A program made the position numbers and the translations under genes. The notes beneath the pieces are model-generated. The model made no database searches. It saw only the letters and a list, made by a program, of their open reading frames with translations, and was not told the origin of the DNA. Shown here in pieces: positions 54,664 to 64,000 of a DNA stretch of 64,000 nt. Origin of the DNA: an uncultured Spirochaetota bacterium (GTDB taxonomy: Bacteria > Spirochaetota > Spirochaetia > SZUA-6 > Fen-1364); assembly GCA_963820525.1 (NCBI GenBank), contig CAWGAA010000001.1, positions 2,848,001 through 2,912,000 on the forward strand. The letters are read 5' to 3'. Every line of letters begins with the position of its first letter. Positions within the stretch are counted from its first letter, which is position 1.

Positions 54664-55701
54664 CTACAGCTGGAACCTCAAGCCGACCGAACCGCCCCAG
54701 GAGTTGCTCGTGAAATTATACATGCCGGTGAGATCGATCTTGATCACGGCGAGGTTCAGCGAAAGTCCGCCGTATGCGCGGAAAGCCCAACCGGGGATCG
54801 AAGACTTCTCGACGATGATACCCTGGCTGTTCAACTGCGAAGGAACGGGCTGGCCGGCGGCCTGGAAGGCCGCAATGATCGCGTTCAGCGTGGTCTGATC
54901 GATCGGACTGCCGTCATAGAGCACCTGGGAGGTCAAACCACCACCCGCCGTGGAGGTTCCGTATGCCGCCCCCATACCGAGGTAGGGAGTGAAGATGAGG
55001 AGGCTCTTGCTGATCTGTGCCTTCACGTCGATGACGTTGGTGGTCCATTTGAAGTTGAGAGCAGGGTTGGAAAGGGCGAGAGTGTGGCCGGTTGTTCCAG
55101 GCACCGATGTGATGGGAATATCGCCTGAATATACCTTCGGGATCGCCACGGTGCCCTGCATGAAGGTATACCCGAGTCCGATGGAAACCGCCGGAAGGAC
55201 CACGTTCTCCTGCAGCAGGGCGTAGCGGACATCCGCGCCCAGGAGGAGATAATCCACGTTGACGCCGATGCCGAGCTGCTTCAGGGCATCCGGCCAGAGG
55301 TAGCCCACCTTCACTCCGACATCGAAGGGGAGGATGAACCCACCGATCCGCGCATCCACCGTATAAGCGGGCACGGGAAATCCAAAATTCTCAATATACT
55401 TGGCTTCGGGGGGAAGCGAGAGGCTGGGGAGTTTATCAATCACCTGCTTGACGGCGGCGAAAGGAATGGTCGTGAACCCCGTGGTGAGACCTATCCCGAA
55501 ATGCGGGGGGGTGCCAAGGAGCTGCCCGATGTAGGCATCCGACCAGTTCAAGCCGATCAGTGCATTGAAAGGCAAAGCGTTCGCGACATCGGTAGCGAAT
55601 TGATCGAAAGAAGATTGCATTGCTGTAAAATCCACTGATTGCGCAAATGCGCCGAATGCAATGACAAAGAGGACTACGAGGATGCATAGGATACGTTTCA
55701 T
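54664..55701 (-). CDS. Exported protein, probable outer-membrane beta-barrel
   Basis: Signal peptide AFA-Q; amphipathic strands FDVGVKVGY, LLGADVRYAL, FTPYLGMG and terminal WGGSVGLRFQL. Confidence 0.7.
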   Translation of the reverse strand: MKRILCILVVLFVIAFGAFAQSVDFTAMQSSFDQFATDVANALPFNALIGLNWSDAYIGQLLGTPPHFGIGLTTGFTTIPFAAVKQVIDKLPSLSLPPEAKYIENFGFPVPAYTVDARIGGFILPFDVGVKVGYLWPDALKQLGIGVNVDYLLLGADVRYALLQENVVLPAVSIGLGYTFMQGTVAIPKVYSGDIPITSVPGTTGHTLALSNPALNFKWTTNVIDVKAQISKSLLIFTPYLGMGAAYGTSTAGGGLTSQVLYDGSPIDQTTLNAIIAAFQAAGQPVPSQLNSQGIIVEKSSIPGWAFRAYGGLSLNLAVIKIDLTGMYNFTSNSWGGSVGLRFQL

Positions 55702-55813
55702 AGCCACCTCCGAACCTTAAAGATACCACTAGTATGAATAGTTTTCCTTTTGCGCGCCATCTAGCAAGAGGGCCTCCGCAAGCGCCTGCGCCGCACCGCC
55801 GTTTACCGAAGGG

Positions 55814-56791
55814 TCAATCAAGGATGCATGCCGAGAAGTGCCCCGTGGATATTTCCTTCAGGGGAGGCCGCGCGGCGCTGCACTTCGGCATGGCGAAGGG
55901 GCAGCGGGGGTGGAAATGACAACCCGGGGGAGGGTCGATTGCGCTGGGGATCTCCCCGCGGGGGGGCTCCTTCCTGTCCCTCCGCGTGGGGTCGGGAACG
56001 GGAACCGCCGCGAGGAGCGCCTTGGCATAGGGATGGTGCGGCCGGGTGAAAAGCTCATCCCGCGAGGCGATCTCCATGATCCTTCCCAGGTACATCACGG
56101 CTATCCTGTCGCAGAGATATTTCGCAGTGGCGAGGTCGTGCGTGATGAAGAGGTAGGTGAGCCCCAGCTCCTCCTTCAGCCGCCTCATGAGCTGGAGGAT
56201 GAGGGCCCGCACCGAGACGTCCGCCATGGCGATGGGCTCGTCGGCCACGATGAAATCGGGACTGGTCACGAGCGCTCTGGCCATCACGACCCTCTGGCTT
56301 TGACCTCCAGAGAGCTGATGCGGGTACTTTCTGTAGAGAAACTCAGGCGGTGAAAGCCCCACCTTCTCCATGAGGGCAAGGACCCTCTCTTTCCTCTCCC
56401 TGGGCGTTCCCATCCCATGGATCTGAAGCGGGTGGCTGATGGCCTGGCCCACGCTCATACGGGGGCTCAGGGAAGAGTTGGGGTCCTGGAAGATGATCTG
56501 CGCCTTGGCCCGAAGCTTCTCCATCTCTCTCGGGGAAAAGCTCGTGATAGCCCTGCCCCGGTATTCCACCTTTCCCGAGGTCGGCTCGATGAGCCTGAGG
56601 AGCAGCCGCCCCGTGGTTGACTTGCCGGAGCCGCTTTCTCCCGCAAGCCCGAGGACCTCCCCCTCCGCGATGTCGAAGCTCACTCCGTCCACCGCGTGGA
56701 CGCGCTTTGCCTGCCGGGAAAAAAGCTCGAAGATGGACCCCCGCAGGGGGAACTCCTTCACCAGATCGACAGCACGCACCAGCGCCGCCAT
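55814..56791 (-). CDS. Peptide ABC transporter ATPase (DppF/OppF-like)
   Basis: GESGSGKST, LSGGQ, VADEP, HPY, GCHFHPRCP. Confidence 0.93.
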   Translation of the reverse strand: MAALVRAVDLVKEFPLRGSIFELFSRQAKRVHAVDGVSFDIAEGEVLGLAGESGSGKSTTGRLLLRLIEPTSGKVEYRGRAITSFSPREMEKLRAKAQIIFQDPNSSLSPRMSVGQAISHPLQIHGMGTPRERKERVLALMEKVGLSPPEFLYRKYPHQLSGGQSQRVVMARALVTSPDFIVADEPIAMADVSVRALILQLMRRLKEELGLTYLFITHDLATAKYLCDRIAVMYLGRIMEIASRDELFTRPHHPYAKALLAAVPVPDPTRRDRKEPPRGEIPSAIDPPPGCHFHPRCPFAMPKCSAARPPLKEISTGHFSACILD

Positions 56792-56792
56792 C

Positions 56793-57776
56793 CTATGCTC
56801 CCTTCTCATACAACCAGCAGGCGGCGCTGTGCCCGCTGCCGTAGTCCTTCAGGGCCGGGCTATCGGACCTGCACCTCTCCATCACGAACGGGCACCGGGG
56901 CGCGAACGGGCAGCCCTGGGGCGGGTCCACCAGGTCCGGGGGACTTCCCGGCATCGTGGCAAGCTCCTTCTGGTCCAGAAGGATGTTGGGCACGCACCTG
57001 ATGAGGCCCTGGGTATAGGGGTGGAGGGGATGAGCAAAGATCTCTTCGGCGGATGCGACCTCCACGATTTTGCCCCCGTACATCACCGCGATCCTGTCCG
57101 TCACCTGCGCCACCAGCCCGAGGTTGTGCGTGATGAGGATAAGGGAGAGGGAGTACAGGGAGCGCAGCCCGGCGAGGAGCTTCGTGAAACCCGCCTCTAC
57201 GATTACGTCGAGGGAGGTGGTGGGCTCATCCGCGATCAGGATGTCCGGGTTCATGATCAGCGCCAGGCCGATCATCACCCTCTGGCGCATTCCGCCGGAG
57301 AGCTGATGGGGGTACTCCTTCAGGCGCTTCTCCTCGATTCCCAGGGTCGTGAGGAGCTTTCTCACCGCCTCCAGGGCTTTCTCCCTGGGCAGGGAGGGCT
57401 CGTGGTAGTGGATCGTCTCCAGGAAATGCCTCTCTATCGTAAAAAGCGGGTTCAGAGACGTGAGAGGATTCTGGAATATCATGGCGATGTTTTGGCCGCG
57501 CAGGCGCAGGAGCGAGCGCTCGTCCATGGACAGGATGTCGGTCCCCTTGTAGAGGATCCGTCCCGCAGCAACCCTTCCCGGGGGCCTCATGAGCTTCAGG
57601 ATGGCGAGCCCGAGGGTCGATTTCCCGCACCCGGATTCTCCCACCAGGCCGAGCGATTCGCCCTTGGAAAGCGTGATGGAAACGTCCCGCACCGCCTGGA
57701 CCGTCCCGATGGAGATGGGATAGGCGATCGAGAGATTTTCCACCGCGAGAATCGGCTCTTGCCCGAGGTGTGCCAT
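56793..57776 (-). CDS. Peptide ABC transporter ATPase (DppD/OppD-like)
   Basis: GESGCGKST, YPHQLSGGMRQR, IADEPTTSLD, GCPFAPRC. Confidence 0.93.
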   Translation of the reverse strand: MAHLGQEPILAVENLSIAYPISIGTVQAVRDVSITLSKGESLGLVGESGCGKSTLGLAILKLMRPPGRVAAGRILYKGTDILSMDERSLLRLRGQNIAMIFQNPLTSLNPLFTIERHFLETIHYHEPSLPREKALEAVRKLLTTLGIEEKRLKEYPHQLSGGMRQRVMIGLALIMNPDILIADEPTTSLDVIVEAGFTKLLAGLRSLYSLSLILITHNLGLVAQVTDRIAVMYGGKIVEVASAEEIFAHPLHPYTQGLIRCVPNILLDQKELATMPGSPPDLVDPPQGCPFAPRCPFVMERCRSDSPALKDYGSGHSAACWLYEKGA

Positions 57777-57781
57777 GCTCT

Positions 57782-58723
57782 TCAGCGCTCCAGGAGCCGG
57801 GGGTTCAGGATCTCCGCCAATCCCTCGCCCAGCATCGTGAATCCGAGGGCGAGGAGCATGACCATGAGGCCCGGGAAGGTGATCATCCACCATACTCCCG
57901 AGGGGAGGAACTTCTTTCCCATCGAAAGGTCCATTCCCCAGTCGGGAATGCCGGCGGGAAGGCCCAACCCGATGTAGGAGAGGGCAGCCTCGGTCATGAT
58001 GGCGTCCGCGATGTTCACGGAGAGCACCACGACCACGGTGGCGATGACGTTGGGAAAGATATAGCGACCCAGGATCGTGGCCCGCCGCGCCCCGATTGCC
58101 CTGGCCGCCTCGACGTACACCTCTTCCTTTATCGAGAGGGTCTGGCCCCGGACCAGCCGGAAGTAGGTGGGAATATAGATCACCGCCACGGCGAGGGTGA
58201 TATTGATCACCCCGGGGCCGAGCATTGCGGCGAACGCGATGGCCAGGATCAGGCCGGGGAAGGAATACACCGAGTCCATCACCAGGGAGAGGACCCTGTC
58301 GAACACTCCGCCTGCAAACCCGGAAAGAAGCCCCAGGGGGATGCCGACGATTGCGGAGAGCAAGGCCGCCGCGATCGCGACGCCGAGGATGGTGCGCGCG
58401 CCGTAGACGACTCGCGCCCAGACATCGCGGCTCAAGTTGTCGGTGCCCATGATGTGAGCGGCGCTGGGCGGGGTCATCTGCCCCCCGGCGTTCTGGTCTT
58501 CGGGGTTGTAGCGCGTGAAGACCGTGGGAAACACCGTCATGGCGACGATCAGGACTATCACCAGGATGCCGGCGATCATGATCCACCATTCGGCGTGATA
58601 CTTCCTGCGGGAAGAGGAAAACCAGCCCAGGAGCGCCGCGGCGGCACCGGCGGGTGAGAACCGGGCCGCCTTTACTGCGTGAGACCCACGGGCAGCGATC
58701 GGCGTTCGTCGTTCGTCGTTCAT
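57782..58723 (-). CDS. Peptide ABC transporter permease (DppC-like)
   Basis: MGTDNLSRD, YVEAARAIGA (EAA loop), EAALSYIGLG, DWG. Confidence 0.92.
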   Translation of the reverse strand: MNDERRTPIAARGSHAVKAARFSPAGAAAALLGWFSSSRRKYHAEWWIMIAGILVIVLIVAMTVFPTVFTRYNPEDQNAGGQMTPPSAAHIMGTDNLSRDVWARVVYGARTILGVAIAAALLSAIVGIPLGLLSGFAGGVFDRVLSLVMDSVYSFPGLILAIAFAAMLGPGVINITLAVAVIYIPTYFRLVRGQTLSIKEEVYVEAARAIGARRATILGRYIFPNVIATVVVVLSVNIADAIMTEAALSYIGLGLPAGIPDWGMDLSMGKKFLPSGVWWMITFPGLMVMLLALGFTMLGEGLAEILNPRLLER

Positions 58724-58734
58724 GCCGCTTCCCT

Positions 58735-59751
58735 TCAGTACTTTACCCGCGGATCGATGACCGCGTAGATCGAATCGACGACAAGCGAGACCAGGCTTAC
58801 CAGCAGGGCGTAGACCACGATGACGCCCTGGATGGTTGGATAGTCGCGAAGATAGATGCGCTCCACAAGCAGGCGCCCCATTCCCGGCCACGAGAAGGTG
58901 CTCTCCGTGAGGATTGCCCCGGCGAGGAGGAGGCTGAACTGCAGGCCGAGCATCGTGACGATGGGGATCAGGGCGTTTCGAAGCCCATGGCTGTAGACGA
59001 CCGTGCGCTCGGGGATGCCGCGGGCGCGCGCCGCCAGGATGTAGTCGGCTTTCAACACATCGAGCATGTTGGCCCTGGTCAGCCGCACGAAGATGCCCGA
59101 GAGCACGATCCCGAGGGTGAAGCAGGGCAGAACGAGGTGCCACAGAACGTCGCCCAGGGCGGGTATGTTTCCGATCAGGAGGGTGTCAATGATGTATAAG
59201 CCCGTCTTCGAAAAGGCGGATGACTCGATGCGCGGGCTGGTCCGGCCGGCGATGGGGAAGAGCCGCAGCCACACGCCGAAGACGAGCTGCAGCATGAGTC
59301 CCATCCAGAAAACGGGGATGCAGTAGGCGACGTTTGCGTACAGCCTGATCCCGAAGTCCCTGCCCGTTCTCCTTCGGTTCGCGGCGTATGCCCCGAGGGG
59401 AATGCCGATGCCGAGACTGACTAAAAGGCCGAAAAAGGTGAGCTCGAGGGTGGCGGGCAATCTTTCTCGCACCGCCTGGCTGACCCGCTGGTTGAAAATC
59501 ATCGAGTCCCCGAGGTCCAGTCGGGCGAGCTGGCCCAGGTAATCGACGTATTGGATCAGAAGAGGCTTGTCGAGCCCCAGAGCCTTCTTCTTTTCATCTA
59601 TGACCTTCTGGGGAGCGTGACCCCCCAGCATGGCGGATACTGGGTCTCCGGGCATGATGCGAAGCACCACGAAAAGGAGGGTCACGAGAATGAAGACCAT
59701 TGGGATCGCAAAGAGGAGACGCGTCAGGATGTAGCGGGCAAGGTGTCTCAT
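58735..59751 (-). CDS. Peptide ABC transporter permease (DppB-like)
   Basis: MPGDP, LPATLEL, YILAARARG, ESTFSWPGMG, RDYPTIQG, DPRV. Confidence 0.93.
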   Translation of the reverse strand: MRHLARYILTRLLFAIPMVFILVTLLFVVLRIMPGDPVSAMLGGHAPQKVIDEKKKALGLDKPLLIQYVDYLGQLARLDLGDSMIFNQRVSQAVRERLPATLELTFFGLLVSLGIGIPLGAYAANRRRTGRDFGIRLYANVAYCIPVFWMGLMLQLVFGVWLRLFPIAGRTSPRIESSAFSKTGLYIIDTLLIGNIPALGDVLWHLVLPCFTLGIVLSGIFVRLTRANMLDVLKADYILAARARGIPERTVVYSHGLRNALIPIVTMLGLQFSLLLAGAILTESTFSWPGMGRLLVERIYLRDYPTIQGVIVVYALLVSLVSLVVDSIYAVIDPRVKY

Positions 59752-59760
59752 GGAAAAGGA

Positions 59761-59788
59761 TCTCCGGGCTCCCGAGGGAGCCCGGAGA
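59761..59788. other. Strong intercistronic stem-loop between the SBP and permease genes
   Basis: TCTCCGGGCTCC-CGAG-GGAGCCCGGAGA 12-bp perfect stem; no U-tract directly after the stem. Confidence 0.7.
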
Positions 59789-59799
59789 CTGATGCGCTC

Positions 59800-61347
59800 C
59801 TATTTCACGAACTTCAACTGGTCGTAGTTGAAGATAAGAGTAGCCCCGACCTTGACCCCCGTAACGTTCTTCTTTGTGAAGATGTAGAGGTTTCCCTGGA
59901 AAATGGGGACCGTCATGCACTCGTCGGTCCACATCTTCTGGACCTTCAAGAAAACGTTCTTTCGGGCCGTTGGATTCGAAGATGTCTGCTCTTGGGTGAA
60001 CAGGGCGTCCCATGCCTTGTCGGAGAAATAGATGCCCATGCCCTCGGAGCCCGTGGTTCCCGCAAACACGGCAGTGTAGTCGTCGGGATCGATGTAGTCG
60101 GGGTACCAGCCCAGGAGGAAAGCGGACATCTGTTTCTTGTTCCACTGCTGCTTGTAGGTGGCCCACTCCGCGCTCTTGAGCGTGACCTTTATCAGGGGCG
60201 TTTTCTCCAACTGCGCCTTGAGGACTTCCGCCATGTTCACTTCCGTATCGCCGTAGTGGCTCGGGGTATACCACAGATCGAAAGTGAAGGGCTTGCTCTT
60301 CGTGTATCCCTGCCCTTTGAGGATCTTTTCAGCGGCGGCCACGTTCCCGTCTCCCCACACGGTCTTGAAGTCGTTGGTGTGGTAGATCATGCCCTCGGGG
60401 ATCATCGAATAGAGCGACGCGTTCTGGCCGAGGAACACCTTCTGGTTGATCTCCGGTCTGTTGACCAGGGCACCCACCGCCTGCCGCAGCTTCTTGCTCT
60501 TGAAAACACTCTCCGAGGTTTCGAAGCAGATGTAACGGATGTAGGGACCGGGGAGCTTGAAGGTGTTGAAGCTCTTGCTCTTGGACAGGTCTGTGACGTC
60601 GGATGGATTGAGCTGCTTGTAGGCAAGATCGATGTCGCCGTTTTCCAGGGCGAGGCGCAGCGTTGTGGCGTCCGCGAAATACTGGATAATGATCTTCTTG
60701 ATGAACGGCTCCTTGCCGAAGTAGTTCGGGTTGTAGTCGAATACGGCCTGCTCGTCACGCTTGTAGGAGGAAAGGGTGTAGGGGCCGAGGCTCGCAATCT
60801 CGCCGCCGGTAAGTTCCGAAGGATCCTTGACGATGCTGTCCACGGGATACACATTCGGGTCCATGGGGAAGTAGGTGGGCGTGGCGATCAACGCCGGGAA
60901 ATACGCCGTTGGGCCCTTGAGGGTGAACTTCACAGTATAGTCGTCCACCACGTCGACCGATTTCACGAAGTCCGCCACAAGCCATGCCGGGTCCCCCTTG
61001 AGCGCGATCACCCGGTCGATGCTCCATTTCACGGCGTCAGCCGTGAAGGGGTCTCCGTTTGAGAACTTGACGCCCTTTCTCAGAGTGAAGGTGTACTCGT
61101 CCCCCGCCGCATTGGCGGTGTAGCCCGTGGCGAGGGCGGGCACGATCGTGGTCTCACCGGGGACGTAGGCGAGGAGGCCGGCGCTCGCGTTCTGGAAGAT
61201 GTCCCAGGTGTGGGAGTCGTACGCGCTCGCCGGGTCGAGGTCGGTGGCCTTGTCCGTGGTGCCATAGACGAGGCTGTCTTGCGCCCAAAGGCTCGACGTG
61301 GAGAGCACGAGGGCTCCGGCAAAGAGAATTGCCAACAGTCTTTTCAT
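59800..61347 (-). CDS. Peptide/nickel ABC substrate-binding protein (family 5)
   Basis: Signal peptide SLWA, LDPA, YTFTLRKGVKFSNGDPFTADAVKWS, GPY, GWYPDYIDPD. Confidence 0.93.
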   Translation of the reverse strand: MKRLLAILFAGALVLSTSSLWAQDSLVYGTTDKATDLDPASAYDSHTWDIFQNASAGLLAYVPGETTIVPALATGYTANAAGDEYTFTLRKGVKFSNGDPFTADAVKWSIDRVIALKGDPAWLVADFVKSVDVVDDYTVKFTLKGPTAYFPALIATPTYFPMDPNVYPVDSIVKDPSELTGGEIASLGPYTLSSYKRDEQAVFDYNPNYFGKEPFIKKIIIQYFADATTLRLALENGDIDLAYKQLNPSDVTDLSKSKSFNTFKLPGPYIRYICFETSESVFKSKKLRQAVGALVNRPEINQKVFLGQNASLYSMIPEGMIYHTNDFKTVWGDGNVAAAEKILKGQGYTKSKPFTFDLWYTPSHYGDTEVNMAEVLKAQLEKTPLIKVTLKSAEWATYKQQWNKKQMSAFLLGWYPDYIDPDDYTAVFAGTTGSEGMGIYFSDKAWDALFTQEQTSSNPTARKNVFLKVQKMWTDECMTVPIFQGNLYIFTKKNVTGVKVGATLIFNYDQLKFVK

Positions 61348-61383
61348 ACTGTCTCCTTTCTCTCTTGGGGATATATCATATCG

Positions 61384-61412
61384 AGGATACGGTCGCCCTC
61401 CGGCGCTGTCAA
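61384..61412 (-). promoter_or_regulatory. Sigma70-type promoter of the peptide ABC operon
   Basis: TTGACA-17 bp-TATCCT on the minus strand. Confidence 0.65.
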
Positions 61413-61460
61413 GGCAGCGTGCTCTCAACCAGCGTCGTGCACTTGCGTATAATCCTCACT

Positions 61461-62066
61461 ATGGAGGAGATTTCGATACGGAGGGCTTCGCCGGACGATT
61501 CGGCGGGCTGCGCGCGCCTGATTCTCGCCTCGGCGGAGGAATTCCTTCCCGCGGCGTTCGGCCGGCGCATCGAAGGCGTGCTGGAGCGGCTCTCGGCTCG
61601 CGGGGGAAACCTCTTCGGCGCGGAGCACACGTGGGTAGCGACGGCTGAGGGGCGGATCGCCGGCGTGCTCCTCGGCTACACCTGCGGGGAGAAGTCGGCG
61701 GAAGATCTACGCACGGGGCTGGCTTTGTTCGGCCTTCTGGGCCTGGAGATGGCTTTCCGGTTCCGCAGCCTTCTGGCGCTTCGAAGCGCGATCGGGACCC
61801 TGCGGCCGGGCGAGTACTACGTGAGCAACGTCGCGGTGAGTGCTGAAACGCGGGGCAAGGGAATCGGGACAAAGCTCCTTGCCAAGGCCGAGGAGGAAGC
61901 GCGGGAGAAGGGCTGCTCCGTCATCGTGTTGGACGTGGAAACCGAGAACGCGGCAGCCGTCCGGCTCTATGAGCGGCTTGGTTTTCTCCGACGATCCGCC
62001 GGCCCGCCCCTTCGGCTTGGCGGGATGGTTTTTTCCTTCTCCCGCATGGAGAAGCCGCTGGGGTGA
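61461..62066 (+). CDS. GNAT family N-acetyltransferase
   Basis: YVSNVAV..RGKGIGTKLL and LDV..N..A.RLYERLGF. Confidence 0.9.
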   Translation: MEEISIRRASPDDSAGCARLILASAEEFLPAAFGRRIEGVLERLSARGGNLFGAEHTWVATAEGRIAGVLLGYTCGEKSAEDLRTGLALFGLLGLEMAFRFRSLLALRSAIGTLRPGEYYVSNVAVSAETRGKGIGTKLLAKAEEEAREKGCSVIVLDVETENAAAVRLYERLGFLRRSAGPPLRLGGMVFSFSRMEKPLG

Positions 62067-62171
62067 GAGCCTTGGCGTCAGCTTCGGCGCTCCCCCGCCT
62101 TTGCGGCCTCATGTATCCTTTGCTTGCGTTTTTACACGGCCCGTATATGCTTGCATGGAACGAGGGAGCGT

Positions 62172-63089
62172 ATGATGGAATTGCTTTCACAATGGGCCCG
62201 CACCAAGGGATACCGTGCTGCACTCGGTCCGGCAGAGGCGGCCCTGGAGGCGCGAGCCGAGGTGCTCCAGCGGGCGAGCCGCGGCGAGCTTGAGCCTGAG
62301 TTCAACCGGCAGTGGCTGGCCTGGCTTGAAGGGGAGCCGTCACCCGAGGAAAGGAGCGCCAGAACCGCCCTGGTCGTGGCGATCCCCAGCACGGCCAAGA
62401 CGATCAGCTTCGATCTGAGGGATTCCTCCATTCGCGCCCTCGTTCCTCCTACGTACGGGGAGGACACGCGCATGGATGAGGCGGTCCGGCTGGAGCTCGA
62501 GGCGGCCTTCCCTCAGCTCCGCGCGGGGCTTGCCGTCGCCCGCGCGCCGCGAAAGGCGCTGGCTGCCAGGCTGGGCCTTACTTTGTACGGCAGGAACAAC
62601 ATCACGTACGCCCCGGGGCTGGGAAGCTATATCCTTTTATGCGCCTACCTCACGGGAGCCATCGAGCCGCCGGCAGAAAGCGCGCCGCGCGCCGTCCAGT
62701 CCCTTGCGGAGTGCGAGTCCTGCGGGGCGTGCGCGGACGCCTGCCCCACGGGCGCCATTTCCGCCGACCGCTTTCTGCTTCGGGCGCAGCGCTGTATCGT
62801 GCGCTACAACGAGCTGGCGGATCCCTGGCCCTCGTGGCTTGCCCCGAGCGTGCACACCTGCCTTGTGGGCTGCATGGCGTGTCAGGAAATCTGTCCCTGC
62901 AATAACGGGCTTTTGAGGACGATCGACAGCGGGTTGCGCTTCCCGAGGGAAGAAACCGAGGTGATGCTTTCGCAGAGCACGGACAGAAGCTCCGAACCGT
63001 GGCCTGCCATCCGGCAGAAGCTCGCTTCGCTGGGGCTCGAGGGCTACGAGGCGGTCATCGGGAGAAACCTAGGGGCCCTCATCCGATAG
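62172..63089 (+). CDS. QueG-like double [4Fe-4S] cluster protein
   Basis: KALAARLGL..YGRNN..GLGSY, CESCGACADACPTGAI, RC, LVGCMACQEICP. Confidence 0.8.
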   Translation: MMELLSQWARTKGYRAALGPAEAALEARAEVLQRASRGELEPEFNRQWLAWLEGEPSPEERSARTALVVAIPSTAKTISFDLRDSSIRALVPPTYGEDTRMDEAVRLELEAAFPQLRAGLAVARAPRKALAARLGLTLYGRNNITYAPGLGSYILLCAYLTGAIEPPAESAPRAVQSLAECESCGACADACPTGAISADRFLLRAQRCIVRYNELADPWPSWLAPSVHTCLVGCMACQEICPCNNGLLRTIDSGLRFPREETEVMLSQSTDRSSEPWPAIRQKLASLGLEGYEAVIGRNLGALIR

Positions 63090-63104
63090 CTCCCACTGTC
63101 TCGG

Positions 63105-63500
63105 TCAGCCGATCTCCAGCCGCCTGGCGTTCTCCCACAGGCCATGGATGTTGCAATAGGATGATGCCAGGATTGTGCCCGGCTTGTCCGTCTTGAACGA
63201 GCAGGTGACGCTTGGATTAGCGTAGACGCTGCTCGTGTCCGGGCCGTCGGGGGATTCGCCGTGCGCCGTGAAGTCGAAGCGGGCCACCTGGAAGGGGAAC
63301 TTGGCCCCATCGGGATGGAAGTACACCTCGATCCACCGGATATGGTGCTCGGTTTTGTTGGGGTGGGGGATCTCCTTGCCGACGCTCACGGCAACCTGAA
63401 CGGCTTCCCCCTTCTTGGCCGAAGCCGCGGCATCGATGACGGGAACGTGCTTTTCCTTCTTCCAATCCGCGGATTGAAACAAATCCTTCATTGACGCCAT
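63105..63500 (-). CDS. sor: Superoxide reductase (neelaredoxin, class II)
   Basis: EKHVP, HPNKTEHHIRWIE, YCNIHGLW. Confidence 0.93.
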   Translation of the reverse strand: MASMKDLFQSADWKKEKHVPVIDAAASAKKGEAVQVAVSVGKEIPHPNKTEHHIRWIEVYFHPDGAKFPFQVARFDFTAHGESPDGPDTSSVYANPSVTCSFKTDKPGTILASSYCNIHGLWENARRLEIG

Positions 63501-63520
63501 ACGTTCTCCTTTTAGAAATT

Positions 63521-63745
63521 TTAGACTCGAACCACCTCGCTCACCTGAGGGACCTTCGACTTGAGGAGGCGCTCGATTCCCATTTTCAGCGTCTGCGCGC
63601 TCATGGGGCAGCCGCTGCACGCCCCCGTGAGCCTCACCTTCACGACTCCCTGCTCGGAAACGTCGACAAGCTCCACGCTGCCCCCGTCAGCCTCAAGGGA
63701 CGGCTTTATCTCGTTCAATACCTTCTGCACGCTCTCCTTCAGCAT
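63521..63745 (-). CDS. NifU C-terminal domain (Nfu) protein
   Basis: IKPSLEADGGSVELV, LTGACSGCPMS, TLKMGIE. Confidence 0.93.
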   Translation of the reverse strand: MLKESVQKVLNEIKPSLEADGGSVELVDVSEQGVVKVRLTGACSGCPMSAQTLKMGIERLLKSKVPQVSEVVRV

Positions 63746-63924
63746 CTCACCCTGTCTCCTTTCGCTCCAACGCGCTTTCGCTTCGAGCCGGGCGCGCATG
63801 ATCGCTTACCGATCCTTCCGACTATAGTAGCGAGAAATCTTCGTGAAGTAAAGGAAGACGAAAGCGCGTCATTCCTTGACGCCGCCGGATCTCCTTGATA
63901 CGTTGATGATCAGGAAAAGTGGAA

Positions 63925-64000
63925 ATGTCGGTACTTTCGGGCCTGCGGAGAAGAGGTTTGGGGCTTGCGCTGGGCGGCGGAGCGGCCCGCGGTTTTGCCC
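63925..64000 (+). CDS. Patatin-like phospholipase, 5-prime part (runs off the window)
   Basis: Own translation MSVLSGLRRRGLGLALGGGAARGFA matches the patatin Gly-rich motif. Confidence 0.8.
   Translation, partial: MSVLSGLRRRGLGLALGGGAARGFA

Overview
GC-rich chromosomal window from a diderm, probably anaerobic bacterium. A Spirochaetia-like host is an inference from the TonB system, a LacI-sensor/GGDEF fusion, superoxide reductase and a spirochaete-style outer-membrane protein. It holds about 55 mostly housekeeping genes: bfr, thioredoxin, a TIGR03960-like radical SAM enzyme, archaemetzincin, a LarA-like protein, an Mre11/Rad50-like pair, AddAB, pncA, ltaE, gltA, uppP, a metal ABC importer lacking its ATPase, hisC, IscA/ErpA, a cobalamin riboswitch-btuB-tonB unit, metK behind three M42 peptidases and a CYTH protein, a dpp/opp ABC operon, a QueG-like protein, SOR and NifU. 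One intact IS1182 element sits exactly in a CTAG shared by the stop codons of two convergent genes. Several genes are frameshifted or shortened by deletions. Many genes look leaderless, and a perfect 10-2-10 palindrome precedes gltA. No rRNA, tRNA or CRISPR array was seen. No unmistakably new system is proven. The best leads are the hook-less Mre11/Rad50-like pair near AddAB, the radical SAM fusion, the RHH-like protein behind a CDF exporter, and the CYTH-metK linkage. All family calls come from recognising motifs by eye, not from database searches.
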